A DNA stretch of 64,000 nucleotides from Clostridia bacterium (GTDB lineage Bacteria; Bacillota; Clostridia; TANB77; CAG-508), in assembly GCA_017524665.1 (NCBI GenBank), contig JAFXVF010000012.1, positions 32,495 to 96,494 on the forward strand, given 5' to 3'. Shown here piece after piece: positions 10,705 to 19,313 of the stretch. The translations under genes were made by a program, and so were the position numbers. Under the pieces are notes generated by a model that was not told where the DNA came from, made no database searches, and saw nothing but the letters and a program-made list of their open reading frames with translations. The stretch's first letter is position 1, and each line of letters begins with the position of its first letter.

Positions 10705-11152
10705 ATGAACCCTTTAGATTCAAAGAAAGATTATCAAAAATATGTTAATTACAAATCCCCCAATTCTCCAATTCTAAAAAACTGTTTTAATGCATTTTGG
10801 GTACGGAGGACTAATTTGCACGATTGGGCAATTGATATGGGAAGCATGCAAACAAGCTGGTTTAAATCAGGAAATATGTACTACTATTGTTTCCATTTGC
10901 TTAATATTTATTAGCGCATTTTTAACTGCCCTTAATGTATTTAATCGTATCGGAAAATTTGCTGGTGCAGGCTCTTTAGTGCCAATTACCGGTTTTTCAA
11001 ATTCAATTGTATCTCCAGCTATGGAATACAAGTCTGAAGGATATGTCATGGGAGTTGGAGCAAAAATGTTTACAATAGCAGGCCCAGTGCTTGTTTACGG
11101 AATATCATCTTCAATTATTGTTGGCATCATTTATGCAATGTTTGGAATTTAA
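10705..11152 (+). CDS. spoVAC: SpoVAC, about 148 aa, joined by a +1 shift at CGG 10804-10806
   Basis: NCFNAFWV[C]GGLICTIGQ...FAGAGSLVPITGFSNS...EGYVMGVGAKMFTIAGPV. Confidence 0.92.
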
Positions 11153-11202
11153 AATATTTGCAGTTATCATTTTATTTAATCATTAGAAAGGATTTAGATT
11201 TT

Positions 11203-12207
11203 ATGAAAAAAGTTGGAAATCAAACTATTGTATTTGATATACCACCTACTGTTTTAGAAACCGCTTGTATAGGTGGTCCAAAAGAAGCAAACGGTCCCCT
11301 CGCAAAATATTTTGATCAAGTTTTAGATGATGAGTTTTGGGGAGAAGCTTCATGGGAAAAAGCAGAAAGTAAAATAATTAAAGAAACTGTAAATAGAGTA
11401 GTTGCAAAATCTAAAATTTCTCAAGGCAAAATAGAATACTGCTTTTCCGGTGATTTGTTAAACCAATGTATTTCTTCTGGATTTGGGTTGCGTGATTTAA
11501 ATGTTCCGTATTTGGGTATTTTTGGTGCATGTTCAACTTTTGTTGAAGGAATGGGTCTTTCTGCACTATTTTGCAATACTCCTATAGCAAATTATGCATT
11601 ATGTGCTACTTCTAGTCATTTTTGCAGTGCAGAAAAACAATTTCGCTTTCCATTAGAACTGGGGAATCAGAGGCCACAAACTTCTCAATGGACAGTAACT
11701 GGTGCAGGAAGCGCATTAGTTTCAAAATCAGGGCAAGGTCCTTTTATAACAAGCTTTACTCCAGGAAAAATTGTTGACATGGGGATAAAAGATGTAAATA
11801 ATATGGGAGCAGCAATGGCCCCTGCTGCTTTGAATACTTTAATCGCTCATTTTCATGATACCGGCAGATCTCCTAGTTATTATGATGGTATATTTACAGG
11901 AGATCTCGGCTATGTCGGCAAAGATATTTTATCAGAGCTTTCATTAAAATACGGCTACAATATTAGCTCAAATTATAATGATTGCGGTGTTATGATTTTT
12001 GATAAGTCAGAACAAGATACACATTCAGGTGGAAGTGGTTGCGCTTGTTGCGCCACAGTTTTTTCCGGATTTTTATTTAATCAGTTAAAGCAAAAGAAGT
12101 TTAAAAAAATTCTCCTCGTTGCAACAGGTGCATTGACAAATGCTACAAGTGCGCAACAAGGCGAATCAATTCCAAGTATAGCTCATGCAATTAGCATTGA
12201 AATTTAA
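11203..12207 (+). CDS. spoVAD: Stage V sporulation protein AD
   Basis: SWEKAES, GDLLNQC, GACST, SSHFCSAEKQFRFP, GGSGCAC. Confidence 0.95.
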   Translation: MKKVGNQTIVFDIPPTVLETACIGGPKEANGPLAKYFDQVLDDEFWGEASWEKAESKIIKETVNRVVAKSKISQGKIEYCFSGDLLNQCISSGFGLRDLNVPYLGIFGACSTFVEGMGLSALFCNTPIANYALCATSSHFCSAEKQFRFPLELGNQRPQTSQWTVTGAGSALVSKSGQGPFITSFTPGKIVDMGIKDVNNMGAAMAPAALNTLIAHFHDTGRSPSYYDGIFTGDLGYVGKDILSELSLKYGYNISSNYNDCGVMIFDKSEQDTHSGGSGCACCATVFSGFLFNQLKQKKFKKILLVATGALTNATSAQQGESIPSIAHAISIEI

Positions 12208-12225
12208 TTTAAGTGGGGTAATTAT

Positions 12226-12615
12226 ATGATTAATTTTTTTCAAAATGTTGATTGGATTTTGGTTCTCAAAAGTTTTGTTATTGGTGGATTAATCTGCTTA
12301 ATTGGTCAAATTCTTATCGATAAAACAAAACTTACTCCTGCAAGAATTTTAGTTGCATATGTTACATTTGGTGCAATTTTAGGAGGTCTTGGTATATACC
12401 AGTATTTAGTTGATTTTGCCGGAGCAGGAGCCACTGTACCCCTTACTGGTTTTGGTAACGCACTTGCAAAAGGTGCTATTAATGCAGTTTACGAAAAAGG
12501 AATATTAGGTGCATTTACAGGAGGAATAACCGCTACAGCCGGTGGCATTGCAGCAGCAGTTTTCTTTGGGTATATTGCAGCTCTTATTTCAAAGCCAAAA
12601 ATAAAAAAGCAATAA
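12226..12615 (+). CDS. spoVAE: Stage V sporulation protein AE (SpoVAEb)
   Basis: FVIGGLICLIGQ, KLTPARILV, FAGAGATVPLTGFG. Confidence 0.93.
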   Translation: MINFFQNVDWILVLKSFVIGGLICLIGQILIDKTKLTPARILVAYVTFGAILGGLGIYQYLVDFAGAGATVPLTGFGNALAKGAINAVYEKGILGAFTGGITATAGGIAAAVFFGYIAALISKPKIKKQ

Positions 12616-12617
12616 AT

Positions 12618-12648
12618 GATAATTTTGGGGACGTGTCTAAAAAATATC
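12618..12648. repeat. Single copy of the dispersed palindromic repeat unit
   Basis: gataattttggggacgtgtctaaaaaatatc resembles the arms at 29200-29273 and 36207-36280. Confidence 0.65.
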
Positions 12649-12695
12649 AAAAAAAAACGTTTAGGATTGTTCCTAAACGCTTCTTTTTCACTTTG

Positions 12696-13046
12696 TTAAG
12701 CTTTTTTTGCTGCTTCAACTAATTCTGTAAATGCTTTTGGATCATTTATTGCAACTTCTGACAACATTTTTCTGTTTATTGTTACATTTGCTTTTTTAAG
12801 TCCTGCCATTAATTTGCTATATGTTGTTCCATTCATTCTTGCAGCAGCATTAATTCTTGCGATCCATAGTTTTCTGAAATTAGACTTCTTGTCTTTTCTT
12901 CCAACATATGCATACATTCCAGATTTCATAACGGCCTGTTTTGCCATTCTGTATCTAATGCTTTTTGCTCCAAAATATCCCTTTGCTTGTTTTAATACTT
13001 TTTTATGTCTTGCTCTAGTGGTTCTTGCTGTTTTTACTCTTGCCAT
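12696..13046 (-). CDS. rplT: 50S ribosomal protein L20
   Basis: MARVK...KGYFG...[14 protein letters not shown]. Confidence 0.98.
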   Translation of the reverse strand: MARVKTARTTRARHKKVLKQAKGYFGAKSIRYRMAKQAVMKSGMYAYVGRKDKKSNFRKLWIARINAAARMNGTTYSKLMAGLKKANVTINRKMLSEVAINDPKAFTELVEAAKKA

Positions 13047-13073
13047 TATATTTCACTCTCCTTACTTCTAACT

Positions 13074-13277
13074 CTAGTTACCATATGGTAATAATCTCTT
13101 GATTCCTGCTTCGCATGTTTTGTCTGCATATGCGTCTTGAATCTTTCCTCTTGATTTTTGTCTGCTTGTTTTATTTCCAAGCAAGTGTCTTCTGTTTGCT
13201 TTTGTTCTTTTTACTTTACCTGTAGCTGTATAAGAATATCTTTTCTTTGCAGCTTTGTTTGTTTTTAATTTAGGCAT
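13074..13277 (-). CDS. rpmI: 50S ribosomal protein L35
   Basis: [13 protein letters not shown]...GKVKR...LLPY. Confidence 0.97.
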   Translation of the reverse strand: MPKLKTNKAAKKRYSYTATGKVKRTKANRRHLLGNKTSRQKSRGKIQDAYADKTCEAGIKRLLPYGN

Positions 13278-13296
13278 AATATTTTGCTCCTTTCAT

Positions 13297-13381
13297 TTTG
13301 GCATTTGGTATTTGGTATTTGGCATTTTGTACTTATCCTAATAAATTAGATACTAAACGCTAAATGCTAAATGCTAAACGC
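13297..13381. repeat. Two facing heptamer tandem arrays
   Basis: (tttggYa)x4-5 at 13297-13331 and (ctaaaYg)x4 at 13353-13380, near-complementary. Confidence 0.8.
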
Positions 13382-13407
13382 ATATATATAATTATAAAAT
13401 AATTAAC

Positions 13408-13917
13408 TTAAGCTTTTTTCGCAAGAATAATAAATAAATTCTTACCTTCAAGGACTGGTTTTTTCTCAGCTTGAGAAATATCTGAAAGCTCCTCTATAAA
13501 TTTGTTAAGCGTATCTTCTCCGGCTTTAACGTAGTTTAATTCTCTTCCACGGAAACGTACAGTTATTTTTACTTTGTTTCCATCTTCTAAAAATTTTCTA
13601 GCGTTTTTGCATTTGAATCCAAAATCATGGTCTTCTATATTTGGAGTAATTCTTATTTCCTTTGTTTCCACAATCTTTTGATTCTTTCTTGCTTCTTTTT
13701 CCTTTTTAGCTTGTTCAAATTTGTATTTACCATAATTCATAATTTTGCAAACCGGCGGGTTGCTATTTGGTGCAACTAAAACTAAATCTAAATCCTTTTC
13801 AGCTGCTTTTTCAATAGCATCAAATGTTTTCATAACGCCAAGTTTCTGTCCTTGTTCGTCAATTACTTGTACTTCTTTGTCTCTAATTTGCTCATTTATT
13901 GGTAATTCTTGTTTTAT
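13408..13917 (-). CDS. infC: Translation initiation factor IF-3, probable non-canonical ATA start
   Basis: INEQIR, PPVCKIMNYGKYKF, FRGRE; GGAGGTG RBS 6 nt before ATA 13917. Confidence 0.95.
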   Translation of the reverse strand: MKQELPINEQIRDKEVQVIDEQGQKLGVMKTFDAIEKAAEKDLDLVLVAPNSNPPVCKIMNYGKYKFEQAKKEKEARKNQKIVETKEIRITPNIEDHDFGFKCKNARKFLEDGNKVKITVRFRGRELNYVKAGEDTLNKFIEELSDISQAEKKPVLEGKNLFIILAKKA

Positions 13918-13959
13918 AAAAAACACCTCCATAGTTTTGTATTGAAACTATATTGTTTC

Positions 13960-14082
13960 AAAAAAATAAGACTTTCTTTAAAAGAAAGCCTGTTACTCTA
14001 AATAAAAACCAAAATGTTAAACTATTTGATTTTTAACCTTTTCCCTAAAAGTTAAGGTGAGAAGTAACTAGCTTCTTCTTTT
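13960..14082 (-). promoter_or_regulatory. L20 leader (r-protein autoregulatory attenuator)
   Basis: AGAAGC...CTTCTCACCT motif and terminator GGCTTTCTT-TTA-AAGAAAGTC-T tract upstream of infC-rpmI-rplT. Confidence 0.75.
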
Positions 14083-14140
14083 AAACATAAATTATATTAA
14101 CTCATATTTACTAAAAAGTCAAGAGTTTTTCCAAAAAATG

Positions 14141-14169
14141 TTGACTTTTTTTTGTTTTTGTATTAGAAT
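14141..14169 (+). promoter_or_regulatory. Sigma-A promoter of rplM-rpsI
   Basis: TTGACT-17-TAGAAT. Confidence 0.75.
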
Positions 14170-14194
14170 AGTAGAGCAATTGATTGATTATATT

Positions 14195-14232
14195 TTCATT
14201 TTAGCTTACTTCTCCCCGGTAGCTAAGCTAAT
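14195..14232 (+). promoter_or_regulatory. Probable L13 leader
   Basis: ttagctta...CCCCG...taagctaa hairpin upstream of rplM. Confidence 0.5.
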
Positions 14233-14285
14233 CTTGGAAATTAATTATAAAACAAAAAAGAAATGAATGGAGGGTATTTTTTACC

Positions 14286-14720
14286 ATGAATAATACTACT
14301 TATAGCGCTAAATCAAGCGAAATTGAAAGAAAATGGTATGTTTTAGATGCTAGCGGTAAACCACTAGGAAGAGTTGCAACAGAAGCCGCAAAGTTATTAA
14401 GAGGAAAACATAAACCAACTTATACACCAAACATTGATACTGGTGATAACGTAATTATACTTAACTGCAAAGATGCTGTTCTTACAGGAAAGAAATTAGA
14501 CCAAAAAGTTTACAAACGTCATTCTGGATATATTGGTGGAATGCATGAAACATCAGCAAGAGTTATGATGGAAAACAATCCTGAAAAAGCTATGTATATA
14601 GCAGTAAAGGGTATGCTTCCAAAGAACAGTCTAGGAAGACAAATGATACGCAAATTAAGAGTATATGCAGGTAGCGAGCATGAAAACCAAGCTCAAAAAC
14701 CAGAAATATGGAATTTTTAA
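14286..14720 (+). CDS. rplM: 50S ribosomal protein L13
   Basis: [25 protein letters not shown]. Confidence 0.98.
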   Translation: MNNTTYSAKSSEIERKWYVLDASGKPLGRVATEAAKLLRGKHKPTYTPNIDTGDNVIILNCKDAVLTGKKLDQKVYKRHSGYIGGMHETSARVMMENNPEKAMYIAVKGMLPKNSLGRQMIRKLRVYAGSEHENQAQKPEIWNF

Positions 14721-14741
14721 ATAGAAGGGATGGGAATTTAA

Positions 14742-15149
14742 ATGCCAAGGGCTAAACAAGAAAAAATAGTGTTCTATGGAACAGGTAGAAGAAAAGAAGC
14801 CATCGCTAGAGTAAGACTTATGGATGGAAAAGGAAATATTACAATTAACGGACAATCTATTGATGAATATTTTGGAACAGATATCTTAAAAGTTATCGTT
14901 AAACAACCATTAAATGCAACAAGTACATTAAACAAATACGATGTTGTATGCAAAGTTGTTGGTGGAGGTTTTACAGGTCAAGCTGGAGCAATTCGCCATG
15001 GTATAGCAAGAGCATTGCTTAAAGCAAATGGAGAATATAGACCAACATTAAAACAAGCAGGATTCTTAACAAGAGATCCTCGTATGAAGGAAAGAAAGAA
15101 ATACGGACTTAAGAAAGCTCGTAAAGCTCCTCAATTTAGTAAGAGATAA
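14742..15149 (+). CDS. rpsI: 30S ribosomal protein S9
   Basis: [38 protein letters not shown]. Confidence 0.98.
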   Translation: MPRAKQEKIVFYGTGRRKEAIARVRLMDGKGNITINGQSIDEYFGTDILKVIVKQPLNATSTLNKYDVVCKVVGGGFTGQAGAIRHGIARALLKANGEYRPTLKQAGFLTRDPRMKERKKYGLKKARKAPQFSKR

Positions 15150-15158
15150 TCTTTATAT

Positions 15159-15195
15159 AAAAAAGCCTCGGAAGGAATCACTTCCGAGGCTTTTT
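15159..15195. terminator. Bidirectional terminator
   Basis: aaaaagcctcggaag-N6-cttccgaggcttttt between convergent genes. Confidence 0.85.
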
Positions 15196-15207
15196 ATTAT
15201 TAAAATC

Positions 15208-16749
15208 TTATATTTGTCTAAAGCAGAATCTTGGTATAAATAGCTGCCTTCCTATCTGCAATGTTTCTGGATTATCAATACTATTTATTTTAGTTATTTC
15301 TTCTATCGTACTTCTAAATTGTTTTGCTATGTTCCATAGTGTATCTCCTGATTTTACATAGTAAATAACCATACTGCAACTCGAATTATCAGCATTTTTA
15401 TCTTCTGTAATCTCATCTAATACTGAAATATCTTTATAATTTATACTATTTACAGAAAAAGATATATCAACATTAAGTCCTACATTTCCATCTGGCAAAA
15501 GTGAAATATCCTGTTTTCCACAAGTAATTTCAGTTTCTATGTCACTATTGTCATTTACTCCCTGAACTTTTAAAGAATATTTCATAGGCAAGTTTATAAT
15601 TTTATTACAAGCTCTATTTTCTATATCGTTCCAGAATAAAATATCAACTTTTATATCTCCCTCATAGTCTATCTCATCATTTGTAGCTCTTTGCATATTA
15701 ACAAAAGGTTTTATTTTAACATTATATATTTTACCTCCTGCAAGTTCAGGAATTTCCATTTTTTCATTAACATGAAAAGTGTCATTAAAAAAATCATTGT
15801 TTTCGATTATTTTTATTTGTTTTTGAGTAAAACTAATTGCCTGTGTTGGACTATATATGTCTTCGATTATAGTCATATTTCTTTTCTCATATGCAGAGCA
15901 GAATATCTCAAGTTCTGTTTCAACATATATAGAATGTTCATCTCCTACATTTGGCTTAACAATCAAATTTTTAATTTCATAATTCACATCACAGATATGA
16001 TTTTCATTTACATTTTGGATGTCAACAATTCCTGTAACTGGAACATTGCTTTGGCAAGATTTTATCATATTGTCCTCGGTTAAGTATAGAACTCTTATTA
16101 ATGCATCTGCTTTTACAAGTACTTTGTTATAGCTTACTTTAGTATCTTTGTTTATTAGCAAAACGCTTGCATTTAGTATTTCTGCAATGGTATCTACAGT
16201 GTCTACTGAAATTGTTTCTTTTGCAAATGCTTTTGTGCTTCCACCTCCAACTAGCGAATCCAAACTAATATCTTTTTCTAATTTCTGCATGTCGTTTAGT
16301 CCATTTATTGTACTTATAAAATCAATATTTTCATTGGAATAAACCTTTAATTCAAAATCTACAGTCGCCCTTATGTTTATTTTTCTACCATTTATAACTC
16401 TTGCATCTATAGATTCAATTACTGTTTTTACTACTAAATCCATCCCTGTAATGCAATTAGGCATAGCAAGTGTCTCTGTAAAGTCCATGCTTGTATTTAA
16501 CCCTCTTGTAGTACCTGCTTCATCATCTGAAGAATAAATAACGTACACTTGAACTGTTCCATCAATTTTAACTTTCCCATCAAGTATTTCTTTTCTGTAA
16601 ATGCACACTGTTCCAGCTGTTTGTACTGGACTTAAAATATCTGGCTTTATATCAGGAACTATTACATCCCCTTCTACCGTCCTACTTTCAACTTTTTTTC
16701 CCACAAGTTGGTTAACACATATACTCTCCTTTGTAGTATCTATTGCCAT
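15208..16749 (-). CDS. SPOCS (DUF3794) repeat protein with C-terminal LysM (SipL-like spore coat morphogenetic protein)
   Basis: EGDVIVPDIKPDI; C-terminal YYVKSGDTLWNIAK...LFIP. Confidence 0.85.
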   Translation of the reverse strand: MAIDTTKESICVNQLVGKKVESRTVEGDVIVPDIKPDILSPVQTAGTVCIYRKEILDGKVKIDGTVQVYVIYSSDDEAGTTRGLNTSMDFTETLAMPNCITGMDLVVKTVIESIDARVINGRKINIRATVDFELKVYSNENIDFISTINGLNDMQKLEKDISLDSLVGGGSTKAFAKETISVDTVDTIAEILNASVLLINKDTKVSYNKVLVKADALIRVLYLTEDNMIKSCQSNVPVTGIVDIQNVNENHICDVNYEIKNLIVKPNVGDEHSIYVETELEIFCSAYEKRNMTIIEDIYSPTQAISFTQKQIKIIENNDFFNDTFHVNEKMEIPELAGGKIYNVKIKPFVNMQRATNDEIDYEGDIKVDILFWNDIENRACNKIINLPMKYSLKVQGVNDNSDIETEITCGKQDISLLPDGNVGLNVDISFSVNSINYKDISVLDEITEDKNADNSSCSMVIYYVKSGDTLWNIAKQFRSTIEEITKINSIDNPETLQIGRQLFIPRFCFRQI

Positions 16750-16840
16750 TTTATCCCCCTCCTTATTTATGCTAATATATCTATATTAAGGGAAATTAAA
16801 AAAAATTCCTAATTTCTTAGGAATTTTTAGCATCTAATTT

Positions 16841-17140
16841 TTATACTGCTCTTTTCTTTCTTAATTTAGTTTCGTCAATTGGTGGAATAAGTGGACTATA
16901 TCCAACACCATCATATACTTGTACTTCAACGTTTCTTGTTAACACATCAGTATACGTATATGTTACATTTCTTTGATTCTCTTCATATCTAACAACAAAA
17001 ATATTAGGATATGCTTTTTCTATAGTAGCTTCTTCTTCATAGGTTTTACTTCTTCCTAGAGTTCCTTTTACAATTATCTTTTGTCCAATTTTTTCTCCAA
17101 TGTCAGTTTTTAGGTTCATAATGTCATTTTTGTAAATCAT
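16841..17140 (-). CDS. veg: Veg-family protein
   Basis: IGQKIIVKGTLGRSK, IEKAYPNIF, YTYTDVLT; next to yabG. Confidence 0.88.
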   Translation of the reverse strand: MIYKNDIMNLKTDIGEKIGQKIIVKGTLGRSKTYEEEATIEKAYPNIFVVRYEENQRNVTYTYTDVLTRNVEVQVYDGVGYSPLIPPIDETKLRKKRAV

Positions 17141-17296
17141 GAAACCACCTACTTCTTTTTTATACTATGGTCGAATTATATCATTTTTAGTGGTCTCTGT
17201 CAAAAAAAGAAACTTCATGTCAATACCTTTAATCTCTTCGGGCACAAGGCTTTTGGAGCTTTTCTCTTTTAATGTTACATTTATATTACAATTATA

Positions 17297-17870
17297 TTAC
17301 AGTATTATTACTTCTTTTCTTCCCTTGCTTCCGTATGCCTCCAACTCCTTTTGTTCCATCTCGAAGAAACTTTGAAATTTCTTCAATTGAAATGTATTTA
17401 TGTTTTTCTGTCGTTGCAATTTTCTTTGCAACAATAAGTGGATCTTCAAAATCTATTAGAATTCTTCCTGGTGATGATGCAAAATTCGCACCTGATTTCA
17501 TAATTGCTTCGTAAAAGCTTTGGCATGCTCCAGCAAATATCGTTATTTCTTTCCCACTTATATGTTCCCATTTTCTTGCTTTTAATACTGTATTAATAAA
17601 ATGTTTCGAATTTTGATAATTACAAATATCATAATATCTTTTGCCCTTTTTTATCATCTTGTCATGCCCTGTTATAATTAAAATGTCAGGCTCAAATTGA
17701 TTAAGTAAATCTGTTATTACTTCTGCTTGCTCCTTTTCGGATATATTTTTTACGATTGCATTTAATCCCATTCTTTTATAATATACTTTTGATTTCTCTG
17801 CATATTTTTTATCACCGTCTAAATGTAAAATTGTTCCAGTTCTTTCTATTTTTATTCGTCTGTCCTCCAC
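17297..17870 (-). CDS. yabG: YabG sporulation peptidase (U57). In-frame CGG at 17331-17333; stop at 17297 if shifted +1, at 17292 if read through
   Basis: ILHLDGD, PDILIITGHD, FAGACQS, GANFASSPGR. Confidence 0.88.
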
Positions 17871-18097
17871 ATTTTCACCTCATTTGTATTTTGTAAATTA
17901 CTATATGTTATGGGGAAAAATGTTTATTTGTGATTTATTTTTTTATTTTAAGGGGTTGTATATTATTAAATTTCGTGGTATATTATTTATGATTTATAAA
18001 CAAATCAAATTTAATTAACCTGAACACTTATTCCTTTTTTTTAGAATGGTCATTTAGGTCAAAATTAAATTTATATTCTAAAAAGGAGGATCCCATA

Positions 18098-18256
18098 ATG
18101 GCTGATAAAACATTAGTATGCAAAGATTGCGGAAATGAATTTGTTTTTACAGAAGGCGAACAAGCATTTTATGCTGAAAAAGGATTTGAAAATGATCCTG
18201 TAAGATGCCCAGCTTGCAGAAAAGCAAGAAAAGAAGCAAGAAGAAACCAACAATAA
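18098..18256 (+). CDS. 52-aa zinc-ribbon protein (not in the ORF track)
   Basis: AAGGAGG RBS; MADKTLVCKDCGNEFVFTEGEQAFYAEKGFENDPVRCPACRKARK. Confidence 0.9.
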   Translation: MADKTLVCKDCGNEFVFTEGEQAFYAEKGFENDPVRCPACRKARKEARRNQQ

Positions 18257-18271
18257 TTTTTAAAAAAACAC

Positions 18272-18357
18272 AGACATAGGGACGGAGCTTTTGTCTTGCG
18301 GGTTTTAAGAGAAAAACCTCTTGAAACCCGCAAGACAAAAGCTCCGTCCCTGTGTCT
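18272..18357. repeat. Long GC-rich inverted repeat (about 40-bp arms) between convergent genes
   Basis: agacatagggacggagcttttgtcttgcgggttttaagag / ctcttgaaacccgcaagacaaaagctccgtccctgtgtct. Confidence 0.9.
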
Positions 18358-18371
18358 ACGTCTAAAGTGTT

Positions 18372-18635
18372 TTAGCCCACTTTGTGTTTGTCTTCAAATT
18401 TATGCTTCGTAGCCATTCCCCCTCTAATATGTCTTTCTGCTTTATTTTCATCAAGTACTGCTCTTACCTCTATCGCTAAAGCTTTATTTATATGTGTTAA
18501 TCTTTCACTAACATCCTTATGTACCGTACTTTTACTAACACCAAATTTTCTTGCTGCTCCTCTTACAGTGTCTTTTGTTTCTATAATATAATGTGCCAAA
18601 TTTACCGCACGTTCCTCAATTGATACACCTTTCAT
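18372..18635 (-). CDS. spoIIID: Sporulation transcription regulator SpoIIID
   Basis: IEERA, TVRGAARKFGVSKSTVHKD, NKAERHIRGGMATK. Confidence 0.96.
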   Translation of the reverse strand: MKGVSIEERAVNLAHYIIETKDTVRGAARKFGVSKSTVHKDVSERLTHINKALAIEVRAVLDENKAERHIRGGMATKHKFEDKHKVG

Positions 18636-18666
18636 AAAGAAACCCCCATGCAAATACTTTTGATAA

Positions 18667-18695
18667 ATAGTATTCACATGAGGCATGTATTATGA
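18667..18695 (-). promoter_or_regulatory. Probable sigma-E promoter of spoIIID
   Basis: TCATAAT-N14-AATACTAT on the minus strand, close to the SigE consensus. Confidence 0.5.
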
Positions 18696-18821
18696 ATTAA
18701 ATGTTGGAATCAGGCTACAAGTGCTTTTCTTTACTTTTTTACATATCAATGGTATAATTATGTTTACAGGTATTATAGGCAATGCCTTTTATATCTGCAT
18801 CATCACAAAGGAGGAATCATC

Positions 18822-19127
18822 ATGAGACCTACACCGTATAGCGTCGTTGATCAACTCCTCTGCATCGCTGAAGAAGGCCAAACCGTGGCTAAACTTGCGT
18901 TGTGCGAGGATGAAATCAACGACCTTCGGAAACGAGGCTTCACTGTAACAGAGCTTGCTCAGAAAGCCCAATCTCGGGGAAAAAGCAAGTGGTGTTGCCT
19001 CATCTTCTGGAGGAAACCAACAAGAGAAGAAGGCAAGCATGACTGTCTCATCTCCTGGAAAGAACCAACTATGAAAGTTTGCACCGCTGCAAACTTGTTG
19101 CGCATCGCAATGAATCCCCCGTTCTGA
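18822..19127 (+). CDS. GC-rich orphan protein (101 aa if CGG is read as Arg)
   Basis: Own TGGTATAAT promoter (18750-18758), AAGGAGG RBS and terminator 19138-19169; composition unlike neighbours; two in-frame CGG. Confidence 0.6.
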   Translation: MRPTPYSVVDQLLCIAEEGQTVAKLALCEDEINDLRKRGFTVTELAQKAQSRGKSKWCCLIFWRKPTREEGKHDCLISWKEPTMKVCTAANLLRIAMNPPF

Positions 19128-19137
19128 TGAGCAAAGA

Positions 19138-19169
19138 GACTCCCCATCGACTGGGGAGTCCCTGTTTTT
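19138..19169. terminator. Terminator hairpin
   Basis: GACTCCCCA-TCGAC-TGGGGAGTC followed by a T tract. Confidence 0.85.
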
Positions 19170-19181
19170 TATGATGTTTTG

Positions 19182-19295
19182 TTAAAAAAACAAATTCTTT
19201 ATAATCAGTCCAATTACTGTAAATAGCATTAGTCCGATTAATTCCAGTATTCCAATTATTCTTTTTTTCTTATCATCTACATCTTTTTCTTCCAT
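19182..19295 (-). CDS. 37-aa single-TM small protein (not in the ORF track)
   Basis: AAGGTGA RBS; MEEKDVDDKKKRIIGILELIGLMLFTVIGLIIKNLFF. Confidence 0.6.
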   Translation of the reverse strand: MEEKDVDDKKKRIIGILELIGLMLFTVIGLIIKNLFF

Positions 19296-19313
19296 TTGTA
19301 TCACCTTTTTTAT

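Noticed and set aside
11671-11673. AGG as a second shift codon (AGG-N read as GGN)
   Set aside because: In-frame AGG is read through in intact genes, e.g. spoVAD GNQRP here and htrA VKRP.
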